Shown one piece after another: positions 41,134-53,934 of a stretch of 64,000 nucleotides of DNA. Under the pieces are notes generated by a model. It saw only the letters and a program-made list of their open reading frames with translations. It was not told the DNA's origin and ran no database searches. How positions within the stretch are numbered: the first letter of the stretch is position 1; every line of letters starts with the position of its first letter. The position numbers and the translations under genes are program-made. This stretch comes from Octopus sinensis (taxonomy: Eukaryota), in NCBI RefSeq assembly GCF_006345805.1, contig NC_043000.1, forward strand, positions 150,164,001 to 150,228,000. Direction: 5' to 3'.

Positions 41134-42928
41134 ATATTTTTATCATGGGGTTGGTTGGCTGAAAGATACAGTTGGAATAACTATGGAAGGAGGGATGGAC
41201 TTCGGTCAAAATGGTGTGGAATAGACAGAGCTAAGGGTTTTGTAAGCTAGTTGTTGTGTAATGGTAAGTCTTTCTTAGTCAGTGAGATGGTTAATTTGGG
41301 TATATTTGTGTGTGGAAGATCAATACTTTGCCAGATATTTGAGCAGTTCTCTACTGTTGGTCTTAATTTATAAAATGAGTAGTAACTGGATTAGGGCTGA
41401 AGTATTTTGTGACTCTGAAGTAGAGGATTAGCCTTTGTGGTGGTCTTTTTCAATGTTATGCATGTGAAGTCACTATGAGACATTGAGAGATTGTGGATTC
41501 TGGCATTTGTAGCTTCAATGTAATTTAGCTGTCATTTATGTATAGATAAATATAGGGCAAGTATTTTTGTTTTTTAGATATTTGCATAGCTCACATGCCT
41601 AGTGAAAATTAGGTTGTCATCTCCATTATATATATATATATATATCATCATCATCATCATCATCATTTTACTATGTCCATCTTCTATGCTGGCATCAGTT
41701 CAACAGGATCTGACAAGTCAGATGACTCCAATGACTGCTTTGGCATGGTTTCTATGGCAGGATGCCTTTCCTAGTACCAACAATACACACATGTATACAT
41801 ATACACATGATACGATTTTTATTACTATTATTTTTTCTAAATTTTCTGTTTGTTTTTTTTTTGGCAGGGGGATTGTGGGCCAGATTTTTTTTTGTTTTAA
41901 GTTTTCTGTGTTTTTGCACAAAATATCTCAATATTTTCATACAACCATAAAATAAACATTTTGCAAATATAAGTGCCTTCTGAAGCCCTAAGGTTCTCTA
42001 CTAAAGGGCCTGTTTTGTGAGATGAAGCAAGCACAAAAATGGGCTGCAAATCAGTTTTCTCACAAATATGATATCTGCTAGGTTGTAGAATACAAGAAGC
42101 ATTCAGCCCCAGAAATGTTGATAAAATATAATAGAAAACTGCAGCAAGCACAAATGTACAGATGATGATAAATGCCCCATCTTGTCAGATGATAGCTGTC
42201 TCGCGTTCATATGATAGTGAGACATCTGTACATCAATTTGATTTGAGTGATAAAACCTTGTACAACACTTTTACCACTCTCTCGGTCACCATAGAATTGG
42301 TTCCAGTGACAAGTATTGCAAGATGACTGGTACTATTTTGACTGCAAGTTTTATGTCAGAGTATCTTTCTGCTAGAAGGACTGCTTTCCCTGTAGCTTTG
42401 TCAAAAATAATGGGAGCTTCCTCTAGCCCTCGGAAATCTATTTAACTCATAGATGGGACCTGGACAGACACTATCATTCCAGATCAGAAGGGACCTGAGA
42501 GAAATTGTAATTAAGGGGTGACTCCATGCTCCCCACAACTCCAGAACTCATGAACTGGAGTCTCACCTCCAGATGCAGTTTAATACCCTACCCACAATAT
42601 ACATGCATTTTTTTTTCCTTTTTCTTAAAAATTACATTTCTAATTCTTTGTATATAATTTTATTTTATATTCTGTTCCCAAAGCAATTATTTTCTTTTGC
42701 TTTACATTATCACAGTCATAAGAATTTCATTTTAATTTCATTCAATTTTTCTTTAATAAACTGTAAATACTTTGTTTGGTTTTATATTTCAGTTTTATGA
42801 TTTTATTTAAATAGCTATAACATCTTTTATTTCATCTCAGTTATTATTAAATGTTTTTCTATCTAAAATTAGGTTTAGTTTTTTCTCTCTTTTGATTAGT
42901 GAAGTTGGTTATCTTATTCCGTTATCAG

Positions 42929-43030
42929 GTGTGTCATCACCAGTGCAACAAACTAAACCCCAGTACTTTTTGGTGGTGTCTGGTTATGAATCCATTCCGG
43001 CAGGAAGCATGATAATAAATCCTCGGACAG
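42929..43030 (+). CDS. R3HDM: R3HDM-family exon (GVSSPVQQTKPQYFLVVSGYESIPAGSMIINPRT)
   Basis: ttatcag/gtacac boundaries; phase 1-1; IPAGSMIINPRTG matches the family motif PPGSILxNPQTG. The acceptor was chosen by phase; the alternative AG at 42898-42899 would need phase 2. Confidence 0.8.
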
Positions 43031-44029
43031 GTACACAGCAGCTGCTTAAACAACATTCCTGCCGTTACTTCCTTACATTGCTGTGTGTGTGCGCATGACA
43101 GTTTCATTCCAATATTACAATTTGTTTAAAATAATTCTGCTCTTAATTAGTTTCTTCCGATTCTTACCACTTACTCTACTACTAAACCAAGTTTAATGCA
43201 TGGTTTTTGGCTTTATTTTTCTTAAACTTTTGAAATCTATTGTATAACAAATCACTGAGGGATTTTGAAGTTTTAATAGACTTTCATGAAATCCTTTTTC
43301 TCTCTCTCTCTCTCTCTCTCATCTCTTTTATTCCTGATTCTCTGACCGTTAAATTCTGTTCTCCTGTATTCTTTCTCAATGAAATTTGGTTTATGGCTGT
43401 GACTGCCATAGTGTTACTAATAGTTATATGAAGGGTTTACTGACATGTTTTTTTAAGGGTTTACTGACATGTTTTTTTTTTGATTTTTTATAATGTAAGG
43501 AATTGCATGAAATTCAAGTCCAAAGACTAACAGAATTATTCATGAATGATATTCCCTGTTATTTTAAGAACCCTTATTGTAAAACAGTTACCATAGTTTG
43601 TTTTAATGATTAAAAGAAACCACTCTTGTTGCTAATCCATAAAATCAAATGAATTTAAGATTTATTGATAAATATTATCTTTGTGTATCTATTGCTGTGA
43701 AATATGAACAGTGGAAACATGGAAAGACTGGATAGGAAGGAAATAAATAAGACGAATTGAATGTCTGACATTCTTTTAAAAAAAAGCAAAGAAATAGTAA
43801 TTTCCTTTATCTTTTTTTTCAATTTATCAGAAACCTTTGAAAATAATTTATGTTCAAACATAAGAATACTGTTTAAAGATTAAATATCTTTTGTGTTGTC
43901 CTTAAAGATGAAATTATTTAGGAAACTTTCTCTTAATATGTGTTGCTGTTATGGGTTCAACAGTTTGCATTGGAACATGTTTGTAAAGCTAATACTTGGA
44001 TATGTGTATAAAAATGTTAAATGTTAAAA

Positions 44030-44260
44030 GGCGGCGAGCTGGCAGAAACGTTAGCACGCTGGGCAAAATGCGTAGCCGTATTTTGTCTGCCATTACGTTC
44101 TGAGTTCAAATTCCGCCGAGGTCGACTTTGCCTTTCATCCTTTCGGGGTCGATAAATTAAGTACCAGTTATGCACTGGGGTCGATGTAATCGACTTAATC
44201 CATTTGTCTGTCCTTGTTTGTCTCCTCTGTGTTTAGCCCCTTGTGGGTAGTAAAGAAAAA
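44030..44260 (+). mobile_element. SINE family A with a 17-bp TSD
   Basis: ataaaaatgttaaatgt at 44008-44024 and 44264-44280. Confidence 0.88.
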
Positions 44261-45812
44261 GACATAAAAATGTTAAATGTCATAAAATGTGATTTTGATA
44301 GGATTTGATGCAATAACATTTAAATTTGGAATCAGATGATTTCTCCTTTCAGTTTGCTTATTGAGTGTTTAAAATGATTCCTTTTCTTCTCAATTATCAT
44401 TTTAACAATATAATTTCTCACACAAATACAACAGTTTTCAGTAAATTTTCAAAGATTATCTTGGAACTCATTTCCCTTACACTTAATTTTACCATTAGAT
44501 ATCGATTATTATTATTATTTTATATATTCCATAATGCTTATTAATGACTTTATATAATCACTTCGGTTTTTTTTTATTTCATTATGGAGTGCATTTTAGA
44601 GTAGATTATATATTAGATTGAGGTTGTTGTTTTTTTTGTTTTATATTGTTTTTTCTTTGACTTTTTCTTGAATTTTCTGAAAATAAATATTATGAACTAT
44701 TTTCTAAAAGCATGCATTTTTTAAAGATCATAATTATAGGCTTTTCTGTAAAGATTCAGATCTACATATAATGAGTAGAAATTCATGTAGCATATACAAT
44801 ATTTTGATGATTGTAATAATTAGCATTGTTTTTAGATTGAATAAACTCTAATACTGAACTTGGATGAGAAGCCAACATCTTAAAAACAAAGGAAAATAAT
44901 AAATTGCTTTAATTCTCTTTAAATTTATCAGAGAACTTTGAAAATAATCACCAATCACAATTTGACGCAGGAATAATGTTTAGAGATTAAATAAATTTGG
45001 CTTTCATTGTTTTTGAAAAAGAAATGATTTGTCAAACTTCCTCTTAAAACCTGCTGCTGCGATTTGTTTAGTAGATTTCATAAGAACATCTTTCCATGCA
45101 TTCTTAATCTCTCGTGTCATCTCATCTGTCAGGAGGGTACATCCTTTACAGGTTTTGATCTGATCATGTCCAACAAAGTCCTGACAATAATGGAAGCCAT
45201 TATTGGGATTACAGCAAAGCATAAATTTACATAACAGCAAAGTTTTAAATATCTTAACATTTAAACAAATGATTGAGCTTGAATGCTACCACATTTAAAT
45301 GTTGCTGGTTGTTCAAACTAGAAATAGATGCCAAATACCCCTCAAATCATATTAAAAGGAAAAAGAGAAACACATTGAATAATGAAGCTCTAATTATACT
45401 AATAATACAATTATACTCTGTCCTAAAAAAAATACAAATAGATGGTCACAACTGAAATGTGTTTCACTGTAGGTCTATCATTTTCATTTTAATTACCTAA
45501 ATTACCAAAGGCCATGGATGCTTTCTTCTTTTTTCTTATATGTTTTTTCATATAAGTTTTCTGTCTGGTAGGAGTCAAGTAAGGACGGTGTTATACTGCT
45601 GACATCTGTTAAGGCAAAAACACATCTTCATGGATATCTCTGGCATGTTAATTGATGAGAATTCTCAAATCCATCTCCCCTTCTAATTCAAAATCAGTAG
45701 CAATTATCTCTGGGTGTTTGCTCACCATCTCCTGAAGTGAGGATAATTTCTGTAAATCAAGAATTTATTTTCTGTGCTATTTACTATACTTTCCTCAATC
45801 TTCTCTTAGTGG

Positions 45813-46018
45813 TTACTCTCTCTTTTACTTGTTTCAATCATTTGACTGTGGCCATGCTGGAGCACCGCCTTTAGTCAAGCAAATCAACCCCGGGACTTAT
45901 TCTTTGTAAGCCCAGTACTTATTCTATCGGTCTCTTTTGCCGAACCGCTAAGTGACAGGGACGTAAACACACCAGCATTGGTTGTCAAGCAATGCTAGGG
46001 GGACAAACACAGACACAA

Positions 46019-46049
<31 letters not shown>

Positions 46050-46221
46050 CATATATACGACAGGCTTCTTTCAGTTTCCATCTACCAAATCCACTCACAA
46101 GGCATTGGTCGGCCCGGGGCTATAGCAGAAGACACTTGCCCAAGATGCCACACAGTGGGACTGAACCCAGAACCATGTGGTTGGTTAGCAAGCTACTTAC
46201 CACACAGCCACTCCTGCGCCT
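45813..46221 (-). mobile_element. SINE family B
   Basis: Full-length copy. Confidence 0.88.
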
Positions 46222-47719
46222 AAATATTAAAAATATTTTAAAAAATTTAAATTGTCCATAGTGTTTCAAAACAAAAATAGATCTGCATTTTATACGTTCT
46301 AAGAATAAACAGGAAGTTTTGTCACAGAAAGCTCTAAGTGCTGTGTTTATTAAGATACTTGCTTTATTTGTTTTCCATTCATTATATCATGTTTAGTTCC
46401 TGAAGTAATGTTGAGATGGCGAAGCTGAACTGCTGTAATTGTTGCTTTCTGATTTGTTTTCCTCTGAACTTAACTGACCTGTTGTGTTAATTAGGAAGTT
46501 GAAGTGGTAGAAATGAATGCCCTCTAACCATTGATCTAAATTATTGATTAATTTTATTCCATTCTGATTCATAAATGGAATTTGTTTTTAACAACCCACT
46601 TAATATATCAATACAAATTAATGTAGGAAATGATAAAATTACATAACGAGAAATTATTCTTTCCAGCTTAATTGTGATCAAAGTAAACCTGTTTTATTAT
46701 TTTCAATGGAAAAAAATATCAAAACTTAAGAAATTTTTGAGAAAAAAAGAAAAAAGCAAAAACTAATTTTCTGTAAATGACAAATCAATAAGCTGAAAAT
46801 CACATGATACATACTCAGTTAACTAATTAGTAATTCAGAAATTTGGTAATAATAAAAATTTAGAAGCTGTGTGTGTGAGTCCTATTATATTGTTTTCTTG
46901 AATGAGCCACATTTTTGCTACCAGCTATAAGAGATAGCTGGGTGGTTAAAAAATTTACTTCACAATCATGAGATCCCAATTTCCATTCCACTATGTGGTA
47001 TCTTGAACAAAGTATCTTGACCCAAACCATAAGTGAAATTCGGTTGACAAAAACTGTTTTGGAGTCCATTGGACAATCTGTATTGGTAATTCAAAAGGGC
47101 TGGCCTGTCTCACAAACTCTACCTGAGAATTATATGATTTCACTTGTTTAGAATACACAGCCATTTACTCACTGGTTCAATGAGTTTGTAGTTTATTTGA
47201 TAGAACAAGTGGATACTCATCACCAAACCCTTTTTTTTTCTACTGTGACAATAACAACACTAAAATGAAAAAAGTTTGATCGAATTCAAAAAAATGAGTT
47301 TATATTAAATCTTAGAAGATCTAAAATATTTTTATTAAATGAAAGACCATATTTTTCAAAATGTTAAGAAAGAAAAATATATTGGTTTTGCTTCAAGGTC
47401 TTCTTGGTAGCTGCATTCTTGGAACAATAAAAAGATCTTTTACAGTGATATGCAAAAAGAATTGTCAATATTCTTGAAATTATGGTGATACTATGTTCAA
47501 ATATAATATTATTTGGAGAGTACAGTTCATCAAGGATAGGATTGATGCAAAAGTAGTCAAAGAAAATCCACAAAATAGAAGGCACCTTTTAGAGACTTGC
47601 TTCATGAGGCTAGATTTATAGTGCTTAGTTAGTCTTCAATGCTCCAAGGTTTGAAGAGATCTATTATATGCATATAAAATAACAGTAGGAAAAACATACC
47701 TCAAAAGGAAAATTTACTA

Positions 47720-48310
47720 CCAGAACATCCGCTGTGCTTGAGGAGACCTATTGAGTCAAGTACATGAACATCGAAATAAATATCAATGGAAATAGTAGTT
47801 GTGATACCTGTGCCGGTGGCACATAAAAAGCACCGTCCGAACGTGGCCGATGCCAGCGCTGCCTTGACTGGCTTCTGTGCCGGTGGCACATAAAAAGCAC
47901 TATCCGAACGTGGCTGATGCCAGTGCCGCCTCGACTAGCTTCTGTGCCGGTGGCACATAAAAAACACCATCTGAACATGGCCGATGCCAGCGCTGCCTCA
48001 ACTGGCTTCTGTGCCGGTGGCACATAAAAAGCACCAGCCGAACGTGGACGATGCCAGCGCCGCCTTGACTGGCTTCTGTGCCGGTGGTACGTTAAAAGCA
48101 CCAACCGATCGTGGACGATGCCAGACTCCCCTGGCACGTAAAAAACACCTACAACACTCGTGGAGTGGTTGGTGTTAGGAAGGGCATCCAGCTGTAGAAA
48201 CACTGCCAGATCAGACTGGAGCCTGGTGCAGCCCCTGGCTTCCCAAACCCCGGTCGAACCGTCCAACCCGTGCTAGCGCGGAAAACGGACGTTAAACGAT
48301 GATGATGATT
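47720..48310 (+). mobile_element. Family C element with about 5 tandem units
   Basis: Homologous to the other C copies; extra upstream UTR. Confidence 0.85.
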
Positions 48311-49028
48311 AATTGTCAACAAGAGGCACTTCCTGTAAGTTGTTTAAAAAGTGATTGTAATTAACTACCAAGACAGCAAATCTTTTCAAACTGCCTCAAT
48401 AGAAACTGAAACCATTTACTAAGGTAGCTTATCAAGATGAAGACAGCCACTCAATACAAATATAAACTTGATGAAGAGAACTTGGAAAAGCCTATCTAAT
48501 ATGCAGAAAAGGCACATGATAAAAATTCAGCATTTATATGATTTGCTAATCAACCTATAGAGCTGTAAAGTTAAAATATGAATTCATTTCAGCCTTCCTC
48601 TGATTTGCTGTACAGTAATTCTCCTGTAACAATCTGCACACAGACTAACTGCATTTATTGATAACAAATTATATAATCAATGTATTGAATTTATTATCTA
48701 ATTTAAATGCTAAATTTCGGAAGGTCAAGTTAATTCAAAATTTGATGATCTGAGAATTTGATATCCTGTCTGACAAAAAGGGTGTTTCAAAATTGCAGCA
48801 GAAATGCTTCACAAGGACAAAAATTTCCAAGAGATGGTGTCTCCCACTCAGATTATTATATCTTGACCCCTGCAATGGAAGCTTTTAAAAGAAGATAAAT
48901 GTGTATATTCTACTAGTTCTATTGTAGGTCACAGATAGATCCCTTGGTTAGGAAACATGCTCATACTGCCTAAACTTATACAATTTGTATATAATTTCTG
49001 GCTCTGTTATTCACACAAAATACGTAAT

Positions 49029-49427
49029 AGGTGCAGGAGTGGCTGTGTGGTAAGTAGCTTGCTTACCAACCACATGGTTCCGGGTTCAGTCCCACTGCGT
49101 GGCATCTTGGGCAAGTGTCTTCTGCTATAGCCCCGGGCCGACCAATGCCTTGTGAGTGGATTTGGTAGACAGAAACTGAAAGAAGCCCGTCGTATATATG
49201 TATATATATGTATGTGTGTGTTTGTGTGTATGTCTGTGTTTGTCCCCTTAGCATTGCTTGACAACCGATGCTGGTGTGTTTACGTCCCCGTCACTTAGCG
49301 GTTCGGCAAAAGAGACCAATAGAATAAGTACTGGGCTTACAAAGAATAAGTCCCGGGGTCAATTTGCTCAACTAAAGGCGGTGCTCCAGCATGGCCGCAA
49401 TCAAATGACTGAAACAAGTAAAAAGAG
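49029..49427 (+). mobile_element. SINE family B
   Basis: Full-length copy. Confidence 0.88.
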
Positions 49428-49997
49428 AATGCATTTAAATTAAATATTTGATGGATTTTGTATGTGAATCTGATTTAAGATTTTGACCCATGCCAGCATG
49501 GAAGGCAGACATTAAGCAATGATGGTGATGATTTATCCTTATTTTAAAAGCTTTGCTACTATACAGACATGCAGAGCTAAATGTTGCAGACAGCTCTTTT
49601 ATTTTACATCTGACTATTGTATGTACGTGGAAAATAATTTTGTTTATACATTTTGGTGACATCAGTGAGACATATCAACATTTAAGACAGGAAGCTCAAA
49701 TATAAACTCTATGAATATTACTACATTTAAACCTTTCAGTATATTTATCATTATTTGATATCAGTTTCACTTGTTAAAGATAATATTCACTGCTGTTGTT
49801 CTTATAATAGAGGTAGAATTAATTTCAGTGGAGGCAAAATAAATTTCACTAGTTACAATGTAATGATACATTGGCCATAGTGCTTGTATCTAGACAGAGG
49901 AATCAGGGGTAGATGGGTGTAGTTAATGTTCTGTATAAATTCTTGAAGTCTGAGTACCAGAGAAATGCAGTTTTGGAGAAGAGGAATTTATATATTA

Positions 49998-50384
49998 CTA
50001 GCAGTATCGCCTGGCGTTGCTCGGGTTTGTAAGGGAAATAACTATATAAGCATTTTTAGAGAGTTATAGCAAAAAAATGCATTAAAAATGGGAAAAAAAT
50101 GATGGTAAATTTTTTTTTAAATCGTTGACTCATCGTAGACATTTTTAGAGAGTTACTTCCCTTATATAATAGCGAAAAAATGCATTAAAATGGGAAAAAA
50201 TGATGGTAAATTTTTTTTTAAATCATAAACTCATCGTAGACGCGCGCTAATACCCAGAAGGGCTCGATAAGAATCACGACTATAAGATACCCGGTTTTGG
50301 TTAAACTGCACCGCAAAATGTGGGAGTAGTTAGGAATCTAAATCGTAAGAGACAGACACACAACCTCACTTTTATATATAAAGA
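49998..50384 (-). mobile_element. Non-autonomous Helitron-like element with an internal ~100-bp duplication
   Basis: Minus strand has 5'-TC, a GC hairpin (cccgagcaacgccagg) and CTAG-3'; inserted between A and T. Confidence 0.7.
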
Positions 50385-50799
50385 TGTGTATCAATTCATT
50401 TTGCAAGATTCCTGATGTGAAATTGTGTTGAAACAGATATTGTTGTATTTTGGGATGGTAATTTTTTTTTTTTTCCAAATAAACACACACACACTTGTTG
50501 TTTGTCTTCACTCATTCATTAGTTATTTTATTATTTTAACGTCTATCCATTGACCAGAACTCTTCCTTCACACAACTGTGACCACTTCGGTGACACTTTT
50601 CATTTCTGTGTGTGTTCTTGCTCCAGTTACGCCATTTAAATGTAGTGATATTCACAGAGAATGGAGTAAGTGGAGCAAGAACACACAGAAACGAAGAGGT
50701 CACAGATGTGTGATGAAAGATTTGCAGATAATGGACAGGCATTAAAATAATAAAATAAAAGTAATAAACGAGTGAAGAAAAAAAAATATATATATATAT

Positions 50800-50988
50800 A
50801 TATATTTTTTTTTTTTTTCTCTCCTTGTTTCTCTCCGTGCTTGTTTTCTGTGTATCTTTCTGTTGAAGAGCGTAGGCTCGAAACGTAAAAGACTTGTTTT
50901 ATTTATATTCCTGAGTGCCATACTAATACAATTGTTTGTTTGTACTCCACCTGCCTTCGTCTTTTGTTTATTTTCATAAAGCTTCCCG

Positions 50989-50992
<4 letters not shown>
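50800..50992 (+). mobile_element. Penelope-like element pLTR/3' fragment, ends in (TA)n
   Basis: Homologous to the reverse complement of 63678-63870; carries a hammerhead-like motif. Confidence 0.55.
50855..50892 (+). ncRNA. 38-nt minimal hammerhead-like motif in a Penelope-like 3' fragment
   Basis: UCUUU-CUGUUGAA-GAGC gtag GCUC-GAAA-CG-UA/AAAGA. Confidence 0.55.
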
Positions 50993-51051
<59 letters not shown>

Positions 51052-51540
51052 GTGTGTGTTTATTTGGAAAAAAAAAGTAATAATAAATATAATGACCATC
51101 CAGAAATACAACAATGTAAGATTTATATATTGTATTTTATGCATAGTTCAATGAGATATGGAATAGATATGGAATAGTACATGCATCAAATGGGTTTATG
51201 TGAGGTCAGTCATCATCATCATCATCATCATCAGTATATCATTAAATTTAGAAAAAGAGGAATTGTAGATCCAGGAAAGCAAAATATTTTATCCACCTTA
51301 ACATATATTAACAGAAATAATTCTTTTCAGCTGTTTTTTTTTTAATAACATTGTTGGAGTTTTATAAATATTTAATATTTATATCTTGTTGCTTTGCTTG
51401 TTATATGTTATAGTTTTTTTTGTTGATTTTTTTTTTGGTTTTTTTGGCTTATAAACTAATCTTTTTAAATAAAATGTGTACATTCAATAATAAGTAATAA
51501 TTTTTATGTCAACCTCTTTTTTTTTCTTTTTTTCTTTCAG

Positions 51541-51680
51541 GTCAGGTTTATCTGAATGCAGATGGGACTATCTACAGACACAATCCCAATCAAACTCTTC
51601 CTGCATCTGTTTCTTTCAGTCCTGCTGGACCTCCTATCTTTTCTCAACACCAATTTGTCATGGATGCTCGACAATATCCT
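51541..51680 (+). CDS. R3HDM: R3HDM-family exon (GQVYLNADGTIYRHNPNQTLP...MDARQYP)
   Basis: Long polypyrimidine tract + cag, gtaagg donor; continues the motif GQPFxNPDG across the junction. Confidence 0.9.
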
Positions 51681-51737
51681 GTAAGGTTCTTCCCCATTTG
51701 GGTTTTTTTTAGTATCTCACTCATACACACACACACA

Positions 51738-51822
<85 letters not shown>

Positions 51823-51957
51823 TTCTCACACATGCAGAAATTGTTTTAATAAACATAACTTAAACTCTGCAATTGTCATCAATATTCTTTTCCACATCTA
51901 ATTATTTTTAAAATAATGGAATGAATTTTATAAGAAAAATTAATTTTTATATTCAAT

Positions 51958-52365
51958 AGGCGCAGGAGTGGATGTGTGGTAAGTAGCTTGTTTACCAACC
52001 ACATGGTTCCGGGTTCAGTCCCACTGCGTGGCACCTTGGGCAAGTGTCTTCTACTATAGCCCCGGGCCGACCAATGCCTTGTGAGTGGATTTGGTAGACG
52101 GAAACTGAAAGAAGCTTGTCGTATATATGTATATATATATAAGTGTGTGTGTATATGTTTGTGTGTCTGTGTTTGTCCCCCTAGCATTGCTTGACAACCG
52201 ATGCTGGTGTGTTTACGTCCCCGTCACTTAGCGCTTCAGCAAGAGACTGATAGAATAAGTACTGGGCTTACAAAGAATAAGTCCCGGGGTCGATTTGCTC
52301 GACTAAAGGCGGTGCTCCAGCATGGCTGCAGTCAAATGACTGAAACAAGTAAAATAGTAAAAGAG
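51958..52365 (+). mobile_element. SINE family B with a ~37-bp imperfect TSD
   Basis: 51920-51957 resembles 52367-52402. Confidence 0.88.
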
Positions 52366-52683
52366 AAATGAATTTGTAAGAAAAATTAAGTTTTTATTCA
52401 ATTACAATATATCACAAAATCACGTATCACTGAAAAAATAGTAATGTCTTCTACTGAAAAGAAACTCATTGCAGCCAGCTGAAGTCAGAAAATTCTAAAT
52501 AGGTCACTAAATGAATACATTCTAATAAAATTTATGATGCTTAGTTATAAATCCTAATAAAACAGGATCATTTGTGTGTGTGTATGATCATTACAGCATT
52601 GAATCTATACCATATATGTGTATGTATGTGTATATATGTGTGTGTGTGTATATATATGGACATTAAACGATGATGATGATGAT

Positions 52684-53010
52684 TATATTAAATTAGAGAT
52701 AAAACCACTATTAGGCAAATCATACAATGAAAAACTTAAGCCAATACATAAGATTAATTAATTTATATTATTTTAAATATATATCAAAATTATAAAAAAA
52801 GATAATTAGTATAACACTACGATCGTTTCATGGCTGTCGAATTTTTAAGAATTGGACAGCCATGAAACGATCGTAGTGTTATACTAATTATCTTTTTTTA
52901 ATAATTTTGATATATATTTAAAATAATATAAATTAATTAATCTTATGTATTGGCTTAAGTTTTTCATTGTATGATTTGCCTAATAGTGGTTTTATCTCTA
53001 ATTTAATATA
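52684..53010. repeat. Near-perfect foldback palindrome (arms about 155 bp)
   Basis: 52684-52838 is the reverse complement of 52855-53010, with about one mismatch seen. Confidence 0.95.
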
Positions 53011-53090
53011 ATATAATATTTTACTATAAAATTGGATTCAATCCTAAATCTGATTTTTCCCTGTAAGTTTGGATTTATTCCCTAATATTT

Positions 53091-53121
<31 letters not shown>

Positions 53122-53204
53122 ACAAAGTGGTGTTGTAAGGTACTGCACGAGTGGAATTATATATGAAAGAAGGTTTGAAAATGCAATTTTAAAAGATGTT
53201 TATT

Positions 53205-53248
53205 TACTTGACCGATTTCACACTTTTAGAAAAAGATTGTCAAAAGTA
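53205..53248 (-). ncRNA. Hammerhead-like motif, U3-A8 variant, tandem copy 1
   Basis: UACUU-UUGACAA-(weak stem II CUUUU/AAAAG)-GAAA-UCGG-UC/AAGUA. Confidence 0.45.
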
Positions 53249-53326
53249 ACATGTAAAAGCTTGGTTGTGTTAGTTACTGGTTGTCACAAAATACTACAAT
53301 ACATATATATATTCTTTGATAACAAG

Positions 53327-53369
<43 letters not shown>

Positions 53370-53451
53370 CAAAGTGGTGTTGTAAGGTACTGCACGAGTG
53401 GAATTATATATGAAAGAAGGTTTGAAAATGCAATTTTAAAAGATGTTTATT

Positions 53452-53495
53452 TACTTGACCGATTTCACACTTTTAGAAAAAGATTGTCAAAAGTA
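53452..53495 (-). ncRNA. Hammerhead-like motif, U3-A8 variant, tandem copy 2
   Basis: Identical to copy 1, 247 bp away. Confidence 0.45.
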
Positions 53496-53573
53496 ACATG
53501 TAAAAGCTTGGTTGTGTTAGTTACTGGTTGTCACAAAATACTACAATACATATATATATTCTTTGATAACAAG

Positions 53574-53609
<36 letters not shown>

Positions 53610-53828
53610 CAACCGATAAGGGTGAGAAAATTGGGTACTAATTTAATACCACATCCATTTACCACCAAGTGGTTTAGTGCATAAAAAACCCGGATTACAA
53701 CACATTTTATACATAAATATAAGAGAGTGACCAACTTTCAACAGAAACAATTTCTTTTGTGGCTGAAACCTTGCGGATCTATTTTTAGTGCTAGAGTAGA
53801 CCACATGGTGGTCACTCTCTTATATATA

Positions 53829-53870
<42 letters not shown>

Positions 53871-53934
53871 GTGTGTGTGTGTGTATAAACAGAATATTTC
53901 ATATCTGTTCATAATTGTTTGAATATTTGAGCAG

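Larger units (their letters stand above)
53121..53600. repeat. Two direct copies of a 247-bp unit separated by (TA)n
   Basis: aacaaagtggtg... starts at 53121 and at 53368; the copies look identical by eye. Confidence 0.95.

Noticed and set aside
24120-42928. Intronic miR-128-like microRNA, as in vertebrate R3HDM1/ARPP21
   Set aside because: No TCACAGTGAACC match seen by eye; a novel miRNA cannot be excluded without small-RNA data.
43431-43480. 24-bp direct repeat aagggtttactgacatgttttttt
   Set aside because: Simple local slippage duplication with no further structure.
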